Below, piece by piece: positions 50,049 through 59,354 of a stretch of 64,000 nt of DNA. The translations under genes were made by a program, and so were the position numbers. The DNA lies in the NCBI GenBank assembly GCA_964544475.1, contig CAZJBS010000010.1, forward strand, positions 9,961 to 73,960. The letters are read 5' to 3'. This DNA is from an uncultured Bacteroidota bacterium (GTDB lineage Bacteria > CLD3 > SB21). Positions within the stretch are counted from its first letter, which is position 1, and every line of letters starts with the position of its first letter. The notes under the pieces are model-generated. The model made no database searches. It was given only the letters and a program-made list of their open reading frames with translations, and had not been told where the DNA came from.

Positions 50049-51419
50049 TCAACCGCCATTTTCTCCTTCCGTTTCCGAACCCAGGCCGTAGTATTTCATT
50101 TTCTTGTGCAGGTTCGTCCTTTCAATGCCAAGCTCCGCCGCCGAACGCGTCACGTTGCCAAGGTGTTTCTGAAGCGTTTGCGCAATCAGGTTTCTTTCCA
50201 TCTCTTCTTTGAGATCTTTCAGGGTCTTTCCTTCCGGCAGGGGACCTGAAGGGATTTCCGTTTTCCGGTTTCGCAGCGGCAGGTCCTCTTCGGTGATGGC
50301 GGCGCCGGGGGCCAGGATCAAAAGGCGCTCGATGAGATTCCGCAGTTCACGGATATTCCCCGGCCAGTCGTAGGCGCTCAAACGCCGAAGCGCTTCGGGG
50401 GTCAGCGTTTTGGCCGCCAGCCCTCCCTCTTCGGCGCACACGCGCAGGAAATACTCGACCAGCATCGGCAGGTCTGTCATGCGCTCCCGCAGCGGCGGCA
50501 TCGTCAGGGGCACGACATTGAGCCGGAAATAAAGATCCTCGCGGAAGCGTCCCTGCGCGACCTCCTTCGTGAGATCTTTGTTGGTGGCCGCAATGACCCG
50601 CACATCGACCTTCATCGTTTTCGAACTGCCCACTTTTTCAAATTCGCCCTCCTGCAGGACGCGAAGCACTTTGGCCTGCACTTTCAGGCTCATGTCGCCG
50701 ATTTCGTCCAGGAATAACGTGCCGCCGTGGGCCAGGGCGAACTTGCCTTCCCGGTCCGCGACGGAGCCCGTGTAAGCGCCCCTGACCGCGCCGAACAATT
50801 CGCTCTCGATCAGGTCCTCCGGAATGGCGGCGCAATTGACTTTGATGAAGGGACGGGCGCGGCGCGGGCTGTGGTCATGGATGGCGCGTGCCACCAACTC
50901 CTTACCGGTGCCGCTTTCACCCAGAATGAGCACGCGCGCATTGGTCGGGGCCGCGCGGCCGATGAGCTCGCGCACGATTTGCATGGGCCGGCTGTCGCCG
51001 ATCATGTTGAACCGGCTGGATATCTCGCTGCGCAGAGCGCGGTTTTCGTCGCGGAGCGAACGGTGCTCGACGGCGTTGCGCACGGTGACCAGGATCTTTT
51101 CCTTCGTCAGCGGTTTTTCCAGAAAATCGTACGCGCCCAGTTTGACCGCCTCGACGGCGTGTTCGATCGTGCCGTGACCCGACATCAGGATGACGGTCGC
51201 GGAAGGGCCCGCCGTCAGCATCGCCCTGAGCACGTCGATGCCCGTCTGATCCGGCAGCAGCAAATCCAGAAACACCAGCTCCCAGGACCGTTTTCCGAAC
51301 ACCTCCAACGCCTCCCGCCCGGATTCGGCGGACATCACGTCATGGCCCTCCGCCGCCAGAATCATTTCGATCGACCGCCGGATGTTCTTTTCGTCATCGA
51401 CAATCAGAATGGAAGCCAT
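50049..51419 (-). CDS. Sigma-54-dependent response regulator (NtrC family)
   Basis: 456 aa. Receiver domain (ILIVDDEKNIR ... D in VFLDLLLPD), AAA+ sigma-54 activation domain (GESGTGKE, GAFTGA-like region ESELFGAVRGAYTGS) and a C-terminal Fis-type HTH. Confidence 0.85.
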   Translation of the reverse strand: MASILIVDDEKNIRRSIEMILAAEGHDVMSAESGREALEVFGKRSWELVFLDLLLPDQTGIDVLRAMLTAGPSATVILMSGHGTIEHAVEAVKLGAYDFLEKPLTKEKILVTVRNAVEHRSLRDENRALRSEISSRFNMIGDSRPMQIVRELIGRAAPTNARVLILGESGTGKELVARAIHDHSPRRARPFIKVNCAAIPEDLIESELFGAVRGAYTGSVADREGKFALAHGGTLFLDEIGDMSLKVQAKVLRVLQEGEFEKVGSSKTMKVDVRVIAATNKDLTKEVAQGRFREDLYFRLNVVPLTMPPLRERMTDLPMLVEYFLRVCAEEGGLAAKTLTPEALRRLSAYDWPGNIRELRNLIERLLILAPGAAITEEDLPLRNRKTEIPSGPLPEGKTLKDLKEEMERNLIAQTLQKHLGNVTRSAAELGIERTNLHKKMKYYGLGSETEGENGG

Positions 51420-51420
51420 G

Positions 51421-53034
51421 TCAACTCCGTTTGGCGAACCGCCCCATCACGCGATGGAGGACGGCAAAATCCGCGCATTTGAAAATCACCGTAAGACCCA
51501 CGTAACAAACCGCTCCGACCGCCATGCCGGAAAATGTACGAATCAAATAGACCATCCGCGGCCCGGCCGAGGCCAACAAATCACTCCGGTCAAACATCAC
51601 ATTCAGTCCCCACACCACCAATCCCATCACCGCGGCGCACAGGCTGAGCCTGGCCGATGTCTGCAAAACCTGCGACAGGTCAAACTCCGGCACGCGCCGT
51701 TTGAGGCCTGCCGTGAAAAGCACAATCTGTATGACAAAGGCCACCAGAATGCCGAGCGAAAACGACGAAGGCCCGAGACGATCGGCCAGCCCATAACTGA
51801 TGCCCAGATTGATCACGGTGCCGGCGAACCGGTACCAAAACGGCGTCCACGTGTCCTTGAGGGCATAATACGCGCGGGCATACAGATACCACAGGCTTTC
51901 GAAGGGGACCGCCAGCGCATAAAACAAAAGAATGGAGGACGTCATCCGGACGTCGCCGGAGGTGAATTCGCCGCCCGACAGGATGAGACCGATGATGTCA
52001 TGGGACAATACCGCCATGCCGACGCCGGCGGGTAAGGTCAGATACAGAATCTGCCGGTAGGAATTCTGTATGTTGTAATTGAAATTCACAAAATTTTTCC
52101 GGCTGGCGTTTTCCGCGAGATAGGGAAAAATGGCGGTCACGAAGGAAATCCCGAAAAGGCTGACCGGAAAACTCTCGAAATTGAGGGCGTACCGGAACGC
52201 GCTGTACGCGCCGGCTTCCAGCGAAATGGACAGTTTGGAATACACGAGGAACACAAACTGAAGCAGGCCCATGTTGAGAAAATTGGGAATGGCCAGCAGG
52301 TAGATCTGGCGGATGCCGGCGCCCTTCCATTGCCACGACCACGAGTACCGATACGGCGTGCTCATCAGATCGGCGAGGTTCACGATCGCATTGACGACGG
52401 CCCCGATCAGGGCGCCATACGCGGCCGAATAAATGCCGTATTGATCGTGGAACAGCCAGATGCCCAGTATGATGCAGGGATTGTATGAAACCAGCGCCAG
52501 CGCATACGCGGTGAAGTGTTTGTGCGTCTGCAGCATGCCGCTGAATATCTTGCTCGCCGCAAAGGCGATCTGGGACAACAGAAAAACCCTGGTGATGAAA
52601 ACGATCGCTTCTTTCTGGCTGCCGGGGATGCCCGTCCCGAGCCAGACGTCCGTGATCGAGGGCATGAATACCCATACCGCCGCGCACACCACGACAAACG
52701 CGCCCAACGTCACATTCAGGAAACTGGAAGCCATCCGGTTGGCTTCCTCGCGCGTGTGGTTGGACAGGTATTCCGCCAGAATCGGAATGAACGACGAACT
52801 GGTGACGCCCATGATCAGGACATTCTGGAGAAGATCGGGAATGGTGTATCCGTAGTTGTAGAAATCCGTTTCGAGGCTGGCCCCGAAGAAGTGGGCCATG
52901 ACTTTGTCGCGCACCAGTCCCAGCACGGTGCTGAGCAACGTCGCGCTCGTCACAAAGAGGGCGGCAATGCCGGCCTGGTGGGATTTGAAAAATCCCTTCC
53001 CTGCCGTCGAACCGGTGTCCGGGGAATCGGTCAT
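51421..53034 (-). CDS. murJ: Lipid II flippase MurJ
   Basis: 537 aa, 14 TM helices. MurJ-like N-terminus (ALFVTSATLLSTVLGLVRDKVMAHFFGAS). Confidence 0.8.
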   Translation of the reverse strand: MTDSPDTGSTAGKGFFKSHQAGIAALFVTSATLLSTVLGLVRDKVMAHFFGASLETDFYNYGYTIPDLLQNVLIMGVTSSSFIPILAEYLSNHTREEANRMASSFLNVTLGAFVVVCAAVWVFMPSITDVWLGTGIPGSQKEAIVFITRVFLLSQIAFAASKIFSGMLQTHKHFTAYALALVSYNPCIILGIWLFHDQYGIYSAAYGALIGAVVNAIVNLADLMSTPYRYSWSWQWKGAGIRQIYLLAIPNFLNMGLLQFVFLVYSKLSISLEAGAYSAFRYALNFESFPVSLFGISFVTAIFPYLAENASRKNFVNFNYNIQNSYRQILYLTLPAGVGMAVLSHDIIGLILSGGEFTSGDVRMTSSILLFYALAVPFESLWYLYARAYYALKDTWTPFWYRFAGTVINLGISYGLADRLGPSSFSLGILVAFVIQIVLFTAGLKRRVPEFDLSQVLQTSARLSLCAAVMGLVVWGLNVMFDRSDLLASAGPRMVYLIRTFSGMAVGAVCYVGLTVIFKCADFAVLHRVMGRFAKRS

Positions 53035-53086
53035 TCAGAAACCGTCCTTGAAGTGGCCGGGCCGTAGCCCGTGTGAAAAAGGCGTG

Positions 53087-53728
53087 TCACAACGTTTTGT
53101 TGTGGAGGTGGCCATTGCCGCTGATGAGGCTCTCGATGTCACGGCTGGCGCGGGTCCGGTCCATCAGGCGGCGCAGGGCGGCCTCGGATTTTTTCAGGCG
53201 TTCCGCCACGGACGTCATTTCCAGGAAGGCCTGCTTTTCGGCCAGCGTGAATCCCGCCGCGGCCGGAATCAGGAATGACAGATCGCGGTAGGTCAGTTGC
53301 TCGGGCAATTCCGGCATCGCTTCGGTGGACATTTCGCGAAGGATGTCTTTGTAAAGCGTGCTTGTCGCCCGCGACAGCGCTTCGAGTTCCTCGGAGCCTT
53401 CCGTCGGATCGTCGTCAAAGAATTCCACCTCGCCGACCAGGTACGGTTTGTCGGACACGATATTCCGGATGACAAAACGCCGCCGGCCCGCGGTGATGAT
53501 GTCGAGGCGCCCGTCTTCGTAGCGATGGACGGTGGAGGTGATCGCCGCGGAGCATCCGATCCGGTAAAAATCCTTGCCGGTGTAATACACGACGCCGAAA
53601 ACCGTATTTTGTTCGAGGCACTCGCCGATCATCTGTTTGTACCGGTCTTCAAAGATATGCAAGGGCAGGGGCATGCCGGGAAACAGCACGACGCCGAGGG
53701 GAAACAACGGAATTTGCGGATGGTTCAT
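53087..53728 (-). CDS. Lon protease N-terminal (LON substrate-binding) domain protein
   Basis: Start moved to MNHPQIPLFPLGVVLFPGMPLPLHIFEDRYKQM, the classic Lon-N domain opening. 213 aa. The upstream 24 Pro/Gly-rich codons are treated as spurious. Confidence 0.6.
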   Translation of the reverse strand: MNHPQIPLFPLGVVLFPGMPLPLHIFEDRYKQMIGECLEQNTVFGVVYYTGKDFYRIGCSAAITSTVHRYEDGRLDIITAGRRRFVIRNIVSDKPYLVGEVEFFDDDPTEGSEELEALSRATSTLYKDILREMSTEAMPELPEQLTYRDLSFLIPAAAGFTLAEKQAFLEMTSVAERLKKSEAALRRLMDRTRASRDIESLISGNGHLHNKTL

Positions 53729-54876
53729 GGCCGGCTTCTTTCGTTCAGGAGGTTCAGGGCCCACGCCAGGCTCTGGCGCAGCGCCCGGCGGTCGTGCCAT
53801 TCGAATAGTCCGGCTTTGCCGATGTCACGCAACAGCACCAGCCGGAGCCGGCCGTCGCGCTTTTTTTTGTCATGGTCCATCCGGCGAATAACGTCTCCGG
53901 CGTCGACGCGGCGAAGGAACGACCGGACCGGTTTTTGCGAGACCACCTGCGCCAGCGGCCGCTCTATCGTCATCAGAATGGTTTCCAGATCGTCCTCGCC
54001 GATCAGGCCGGCCTGTAACGACAGATACGACGCCGCGAGCATGCCGATCCAGACGGCTTCCCCGTGGCGGATTGCCGAAAACCCGCCGGCGCTCTCCAGC
54101 GCATGCCCGAACGTGTGCCCGAAATTGAGGATCATCCGCCTGCCGGCGTCTTTTTCATCCTTTGCCACGACACCGGCCTTGAGGCGCACGCTTTCGCGGA
54201 TGGCTTTCCGGACGACGGGGCCGCGGCTCATCAGGGCCGCATGATGTTTTCTGAGCCATTGAAAAAAAGACGCATCGACGGCCAGACCGTACTTGAAGAC
54301 TTCGGCGAGGCCCGCCAGGTATTCGCGATCGGGCAATGTGTCCAGAAACGCCGTGTCCGTGAGGACCAGCGACGGCTGGTGAAAGACGCCGATGATATTT
54401 TTGGCCAATGGATGGTTGACGGCGACTTTGCCGCCGACGGAACTGTCCACCATCGCCAGCAGAGTCGTGGGCGCCATGACGAGCGGCACGCCGCGCATGT
54501 AGGTGGCCGCCACAAATCCCGCGAGATCGCCGATGACGCCGCCGCCCAGCGCCACGATAACGCTGTCCCGGTCCGCCCCGGCGGTGATGAGACGCGTGTG
54601 AAGATCGAACGCGCGGTCATACGTTTTGAAGGCTTCCCCATCGGGCACCATGAGGATGCGCGCGTCCAGGGCGCGAAACACCGGACGCAGCCGGGGACCA
54701 TGCCGCCGGAGAATGACCGGATTGGTGATGACAAAAAAACGAAACGCGCGGACGGTGCGACGGATCAGCCGGTCCAGACGCGATACGGCGTCGAAAACCA
54801 CCGGGTAGGTGTGACGTCCGGCGCGGACGGTCAGCATGCGGGCCGTCGTGGGCAACGTGGGCGCGGGATCATACAT
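53725..54876 (-). CDS. aroB: 3-dehydroquinate synthase
   Basis: Motifs GGGVIGDLAGFVAATYMRGV, VDSSVGGK and the HTFGHALE metal-binding His pair. The start could instead be the ATG at 54837, which would avoid the 8-nt overlap with ychF. Confidence 0.8.
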   Translation of the reverse strand: MYDPAPTLPTTARMLTVRAGRHTYPVVFDAVSRLDRLIRRTVRAFRFFVITNPVILRRHGPRLRPVFRALDARILMVPDGEAFKTYDRAFDLHTRLITAGADRDSVIVALGGGVIGDLAGFVAATYMRGVPLVMAPTTLLAMVDSSVGGKVAVNHPLAKNIIGVFHQPSLVLTDTAFLDTLPDREYLAGLAEVFKYGLAVDASFFQWLRKHHAALMSRGPVVRKAIRESVRLKAGVVAKDEKDAGRRMILNFGHTFGHALESAGGFSAIRHGEAVWIGMLAASYLSLQAGLIGEDDLETILMTIERPLAQVVSQKPVRSFLRRVDAGDVIRRMDHDKKKRDGRLRLVLLRDIGKAGLFEWHDRRALRQSLAWALNLLNERSRP

Positions 54877-55963
54877 TGAACTTGAAGTGCATCACATCGC
54901 CGTCGCGCACGACGTAGTCGCGGCCTTCGGTGCGGAGAAGACCTTTGTCGCGGCAGGCCTGTTCGGTTTTGTATTTCACATAGTCCTCCCACCAGATCAC
55001 ATCGGCGCAGATGAATCCCCGTTCAAAATCCGAATGGATCGTGCCGGCCGCCTGCGGGTTTTTGGCGCCGCGATGAATGGTCCACGCGCGCACTTCGTCG
55101 GGACCCGCCGTCAGGAAACTCACGAGGTCGAGCAGTACGTAGGTTTCACGGATCAGCGTGTGCAGGCCGGGTTCCTTCAGGCCGATGCTTTCCAGGAAGG
55201 CCGTGCGCTCCTCCGCGGGGAGTTCCGATATTTCCGCTTCGATTTTTCCCGAGATGACGACCACGCGGGCGTTTTCGCGCGACGCGATGGTCCGTACGGT
55301 CTCGACGTACCGGTTGCCGGACAGGACGTCCTGCTCGGATACGTTGCAGATGTAGAGCACGGGTTTGTCGGTCAGGAGGAAGAGGTCGGCGACGTGGTGT
55401 TTTTCCGTTTCGGAAAGGCGGAGCAGGCGGAGCGGTTGGCCGGTGTCGAGATGGGATTTGACGCGCGACAGCGCTTCCACGGCGGCTTTGGCGTCCTTGT
55501 CGCCGGTCTTGGCGGTGCGCTCGGTCTGGGGAAGGCGTTTCTGCACGCTTTCGAGATCCTTGAGCACGAGTTCGGTATGGATGATATCGATGTCGCGGGC
55601 CGGATCGATGCTGCCTTCGACGTGCACGACGTCGGGGTCATCGAAGCACCGCACGACGTGGCCGATGGCGTCGACTTCGCGAATGTGGCTCAGGAACTGG
55701 TTGCCGAGGCCTTCGCCCGCATTGGCGCCTTTGACGAGACCGGCGATATCGACGAAATTGACGGTGGTATAGATGGTTTTTTTCGGTTTCAGCAAAGCCG
55801 ACAGCTGGTCGATGCGGTGGTCCGGCACGATGACGACGCCGACGTTTGGTTCGATGGTGCAGAACGGGTAATTGGCCGCCGCCGCGCCGGCCGCGGTCAG
55901 GGCATTGAATATCGTGGATTTTCCGACATTGGGCAGTCCGACAATTCCGCAATGTAGAGGCAT
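54869..55963 (-). CDS. ychF: Redox-regulated ATPase YchF (Obg-family GTPase)
   Basis: 364 aa. G1 motif GIVGLPNVGKST, a TGS domain and the C-terminal YchF domain. Confidence 0.9.
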   Translation of the reverse strand: MPLHCGIVGLPNVGKSTIFNALTAAGAAAANYPFCTIEPNVGVVIVPDHRIDQLSALLKPKKTIYTTVNFVDIAGLVKGANAGEGLGNQFLSHIREVDAIGHVVRCFDDPDVVHVEGSIDPARDIDIIHTELVLKDLESVQKRLPQTERTAKTGDKDAKAAVEALSRVKSHLDTGQPLRLLRLSETEKHHVADLFLLTDKPVLYICNVSEQDVLSGNRYVETVRTIASRENARVVVISGKIEAEISELPAEERTAFLESIGLKEPGLHTLIRETYVLLDLVSFLTAGPDEVRAWTIHRGAKNPQAAGTIHSDFERGFICADVIWWEDYVKYKTEQACRDKGLLRTEGRDYVVRDGDVMHFKFNV

Positions 55964-56132
55964 GACGCGGGCAACTCCTTCATGGAACGTATGTTTTCAA
56001 AAGACGCGCTAAAGTAGTCGTTCCCGCGAAGAAAATAAAGGAGAATGTGCCGCGCCGGCGTAAAAAACGCCGCGCGGAGTTTCCCGGGCGGCGCGAAAAA
56101 AAAGTGAAACGATTAATTCCTTGACAACCATC

Positions 56133-56162
56133 GGAGCGTGCGCTAACTTGGAACAGCTATCG
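56133..56162 (+). promoter_or_regulatory. Weak sigma-70-like promoter candidate for the first island gene
   Basis: TTGACA, then a 17-bp spacer, then TAACTT. The -10 is poor, so this is a low-confidence call. Confidence 0.2.
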
Positions 56163-56278
56163 CTATCGGGTTATCGTATGAATTCCAGAACAGACTATTT
56201 CAGCGTCGAAATTTTTCACGTCCGGCGGCAGGCTATGGCCGGCCAAGCCAGAACAGCCAGGAACAAAATAACCGACAT

Positions 56279-57049
56279 ATGTCGTCTATCACGCCCAAAA
56301 TGAGAAGATATACGACATGGATCATTCGTTTATGCAATAGTTATCCGACATGGCCCTCGACGAAGAAACACATGAGCGGAGATACTAAACCTGGTGTTCC
56401 TCATCAAACTCTTGGGGACGCAGCCCACGCGCTTCTGAAAGGAACTATCGGCAGTGTTCCGGTAGGCGGTGCTCTTGCTGCGGAATTTTTTAGTTTCGTA
56501 CTAAAACCTCCCATGCAGAAGCGAATGGAGGACTGGATGGCCGACCTGGTTCAGAGGCTGACCGAGATGAAGATGTCGATCGACGATTTGCAAGAGAACC
56601 AGCGTTTCGTCACAAATACACTGCAATCTCTGCGTATTGTTCAAATGACACACTCACCTGAGAAGCTCAGAGCCTTACGGAATGCAGTTCTCAATTCAAT
56701 CGCGCCACCGCCTTTCGACGAATCCTTGGAACAGGTGTTCCTTTCGTATGTTGATTCTTTCACTGATTACCATATTAGGTTTCTTGCTATGATCGCGGAA
56801 CCGAATTGGCCGATCAAACAACGCAAGGTGGTTACCTCACCTGACGCAAATCTTTATGAAATCATCTACCATCACTTTCCGCAGCTGCAAGGATCATCGT
56901 TTGTCACTCAAGTCTTTCAGGATTTGAACGCGCGTGGGCTGCTGGAACCCAACTGGGACCGTGGCTTTAAGCTAAGCTGGAGTAGTGGATATCCGGTGTT
57001 GTCTCCACTCGGAAGATCGTTTCTCAAGTTCATTTCGGAGGCTGAGTAG
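56279..57049 (+). CDS. Hypothetical protein (first gene of the lower-GC island)
   Basis: 256-aa ORF with alternative in-frame starts at 56300 and 56372 (MSGDTKPGV...). The 56279 ATG lies inside a perfect palindrome, cgacatatgtcg. No family recognised. Confidence 0.5.
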   Translation: MSSITPKMRRYTTWIIRLCNSYPTWPSTKKHMSGDTKPGVPHQTLGDAAHALLKGTIGSVPVGGALAAEFFSFVLKPPMQKRMEDWMADLVQRLTEMKMSIDDLQENQRFVTNTLQSLRIVQMTHSPEKLRALRNAVLNSIAPPPFDESLEQVFLSYVDSFTDYHIRFLAMIAEPNWPIKQRKVVTSPDANLYEIIYHHFPQLQGSSFVTQVFQDLNARGLLEPNWDRGFKLSWSSGYPVLSPLGRSFLKFISEAE

Positions 57050-57067
57050 ATGTCTCGGGCCACGTCC

Positions 57068-57234
57068 GATAACATGCGTGCACACGATTGGTCGCCCCGA
57101 CGCGAGCGTCAGATGCCCCCGGCCACGATTTTTGTGCGTCGGGGCTCCCCTACGGCGCACCGCGCGGAACGAATTGAAAACAAATTCATTGATACCGCTT
57201 GTGCGCCGCAGCGTGTGCACGCAGACCGTTATGT
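57068..57234 (+). repeat. attC-like imperfect palindromic element 1
   Basis: 5' end GATAAC-a-tgcgtgcacacg and 3' end cgtgtgcacgca-gacc-GTTATGT. The terminal 12-mers are inverted repeats. It contains an internal 10-bp hairpin (gccccgacgc / gcgtcggggc). It lies in the gap after the first island gene. Confidence 0.45.
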
Positions 57235-57243
57235 GCAATGCCG
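57089..57243 (+). repeat. 155-bp direct repeat, copy A (about 88% identical to 62580..62733)
   Basis: Aligned by eye: tggtcgccccgacgcgag[c/t]gtcagatgcccccggc ... cgaattgaaaacaaattcattgataccg ... cagcgtgtgcacgc ... gttatg[t/c]gcaatg, with a few substitutions and one indel. Confidence 0.8.
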
Positions 57244-57301
57244 CCTAAAAATATGAACAAACCGCACGCCATCATTCTCAACATACATAGGAGAACGTAA
57301 A

Positions 57302-57811
57302 GTGAAATCAAAGACGAACGAGGTTGTCAAGAAACTTCGTGAACTCAACACGATAATAAAATCACTGGATCCTTCTATCCGGCCGCAGTCTTTTGAATTG
57401 CTCCGTCCAGTCTTCTTCAGCGATGAGCCTGAGCACGAGCGAGATCAACGAGACCAGCAAACAGAGACGGCTGGCAAGTCAACAGGCACTCACAACAAAG
57501 AAAAGTTTTTCGGGTCGTTTGATCACAAAAAGCCCAGTGATAACGTCTTCTTGATTGCAGCATGGCTCTACTCCCAACACGGAGTTTTTCCACTCACATC
57601 AGATACTATTAAGGCGGTGGCGGACGAAACAGGTGTCACTGTTCCCGGTAGGCCAGATATGACCCTCAAAGCGGCTCAAAAAAAGGCAAAGCACCTATTT
57701 TCCAAACAAGGCGCTGGTTATAAACCAACTGTTCACGGTGAGACGTTCCTCAAAGACACATATCGAGTCAAGAAAGGAAACAGCCCCATACCAAAGGAGC
57801 CTGAGAATTGA
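57302..57811 (+). CDS. Hypothetical protein, upstream partner of the HEPN-motif protein
   Basis: 169 aa. Its stop overlaps the next gene's start by 4 bp. The C-terminal roughly 70 aa (FLIAAWLYSQHG ... LTSDTIKAV ... GAGYKPTVHGETFLKD) resemble the N-terminal domain of the downstream protein, so the two share a domain. Confidence 0.5.
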   Translation: MKSKTNEVVKKLRELNTIIKSLDPSIRPQSFELLRPVFFSDEPEHERDQRDQQTETAGKSTGTHNKEKFFGSFDHKKPSDNVFLIAAWLYSQHGVFPLTSDTIKAVADETGVTVPGRPDMTLKAAQKKAKHLFSKQGAGYKPTVHGETFLKDTYRVKKGNSPIPKEPEN

Positions 57812-58551
57812 CAATAGTCGAGTTTCTACATCCAATACTGAGATCACCGCACCGGGACCTTTGTGTTGCGGCTCTGTATTATTCGAAAAGATTCCAACAG
57901 TCTGATTCATTAACCGTCGATCAAATTCGTTCGTTGCTTAGAAGAGCTCGTGTTCCAAGTGTTAATAACATCAACATAGCAGACGTGCTTGCTAAATCAG
58001 CTCCTCATGTCGACAGTGCTGGCAAGAAAGGAAAAGCTTTTCTTTGGGCGATCACTTCGTCAGGCGAAAAGCACATACGAGCCTTGCTAAATATTCCTGA
58101 GGTCGATATTGCAACGGTCCATGAGGTCGGCACACTTGAGCGCCTTATCAACTCCATCGGTGATCCTGATGTGGCCAACTATCTAACAGAAGCAGTCACT
58201 TGCCTACGTGTTGACGCTCTTCGTGCCTCTATCGTGTTTCTGTGGGCTGGCGCCGTTCGTACCATTCAAAAGGAAATGATCGATCTTGGCGCGTCCTCAG
58301 TTGACACCGCCTTAAAGAAATTCGACCCCAAATCCCGGTCGATCAAAGGGCTAGACGACTTTGCGTATGTCAAGGATTCGACAGTGCTTCTAGCAGCCCA
58401 AGAACTTGCCATCTTTGACAAGAATGAGCGGTCCACACTCGAGGAGGCTCTGAACTTAAGGAACAAATGTGGTCATCCCAGTAAGTATCGACCTGGCCCG
58501 AAAAAGGCTGCAAGTTTTATTGAAGACGTCACAACCATCGTTTTTTCTTGA
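57808..58551 (+). CDS. HEPN-motif protein (predicted RNase, toxin or abortive-infection type)
   Basis: 247 aa, apparent TTG start. C-terminal R-N-x-x-x-H motif (LNLRNKCGHP, about nt 58459-58476) inside a predicted helical domain, matching the HEPN Rx4-6H signature. N-terminal domain is shared with the preceding gene. Confidence 0.5.
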   Translation: MTIVEFLHPILRSPHRDLCVAALYYSKRFQQSDSLTVDQIRSLLRRARVPSVNNINIADVLAKSAPHVDSAGKKGKAFLWAITSSGEKHIRALLNIPEVDIATVHEVGTLERLINSIGDPDVANYLTEAVTCLRVDALRASIVFLWAGAVRTIQKEMIDLGASSVDTALKKFDPKSRSIKGLDDFAYVKDSTVLLAAQELAIFDKNERSTLEEALNLRNKCGHPSKYRPGPKKAASFIEDVTTIVFS

Positions 58552-58580
58552 GATGGCGTGCGGTTGATAGCGGCACTGCA

Positions 58581-58724
58581 CATAACAGGCCGCACTACGA
58601 CGTTCGCTCATTTGATATGGCGATAAGAAAGCTGTGCAAGAAACAAAAGTGCTCACTCAATGGCTAACCATTCCGCTATTGCTCCATTCGTTAGCTACTG
58701 CGTAGTGCGGCCGGAACGTTAGGC
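58581..58724 (+). repeat. attC-like imperfect palindromic element 2 (best-preserved copy)
   Basis: 5' CATAAC-a-ggccgcactacg and 3' cgtagtgcggcc-ggaac-GTTAGGC. The 12-bp arms are perfectly complementary. The 3' end is a canonical attC core sequence GTTRRRY (GTTAGGC), and the 5' end is an inverse-core-like ATAAC. Confidence 0.5.
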
Positions 58725-58752
58725 GGCATGTCCACGAATCTGAGTATTACAT

Positions 58753-59340
58753 ATGAACCTATTCACAACTGAAGCCCTGCGGCTATTTGTTGTCTTTTTC
58801 GTACCTGGCTTCATTTCAATGCGTGCTTTCTCCCTACTAGTCGCGTCTGAAAGACATGATTTTTCAAAATCATTGGTCGAAGCAATCGCATTTAGTTGCT
58901 TAAACTTTGCTCTTCTTTACTGGCCCATGAGTGTCATCCATTCGAATGATTTTGCTCATCAGTACCCAATACTATACTACCTCAGTGCTCTGGGTATTCT
59001 GTTAGTTGCACCGTGTGCTTGGGCATGGTTGTTCTATCGAATTATGATTTCTGACTGGTACTCGAAACGATTTCGAGACCCTTACCCAACTCCATGGGAC
59101 AGCTTTTTCGCTCGCGGAGAAGCATGTTGGGTAGTTATCCACCTAAAGAGTGGCAGGAAGATTGGTGGTATTTATTCTGGACGCTCTCGCGCATCAGCTT
59201 ATCCGACCGAACAACAAGTCTATCTCGAAGAAGTGTGGGAGGTGGATCAGAAGACCCAACGCTTTCTACGTAAGAAGAATCGGACAGCTGGACTTATAAT
59301 CAGCAGATCAGAGATGACTCACATTGAGTTCTACAGTTAA
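58753..59340 (+). CDS. Hypothetical membrane protein (3 TM helices plus C-terminal soluble domain)
   Basis: 195 aa. Hydrophobic segments LRLFVVFFVPGFISMRAF, AIAFSCLNFALLYWPMSVI and LYYLSALGILLVAPCAWAWLFY. No family recognised. Confidence 0.5.
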   Translation: MNLFTTEALRLFVVFFVPGFISMRAFSLLVASERHDFSKSLVEAIAFSCLNFALLYWPMSVIHSNDFAHQYPILYYLSALGILLVAPCAWAWLFYRIMISDWYSKRFRDPYPTPWDSFFARGEACWVVIHLKSGRKIGGIYSGRSRASAYPTEQQVYLEEVWEVDQKTQRFLRKKNRTAGLIISRSEMTHIEFYS

Positions 59341-59354
59341 GAAAGGATCCGCCA

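Noticed and set aside
54064-55957. 271-aa and 373-aa + strand ORFs
   Set aside because: They are antisense inside aroB and ychF.
56040-56110. GC-rich inverted repeats (ccgcgccggcg / cgccgcgcgg) plus an A8 run between ychF and the island
   Set aside because: The T- or A-tract sits inside or before the stem rather than after it on either strand, so it does not read as a canonical terminator. It may still be a regulatory structure.
57068-57234. Retron msr/msd-type ncRNA, suggested by flanking inverted repeats (a1/a2-like) around a structured core
   Set aside because: No reverse transcriptase gene is present anywhere in the window. The same terminal architecture recurs in every intergenic gap, which fits recombination-site-like elements better than a single retron.
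56972-57256. Small ORFs 56972..57238 (-) and 57050..57256 (+), with counterparts 62383..62748 (-) and 62430..62666 (+), that share peptide strings (GINEFVFNS.RAVRR and WSPRRE.QMPPA.IFVRR)
   Set aside because: The shared peptides are just translations of the 155-bp DNA repeat. Identity follows the nucleotide sequence and is lost at the indel, so the frame is not conserved. The unit is non-coding.
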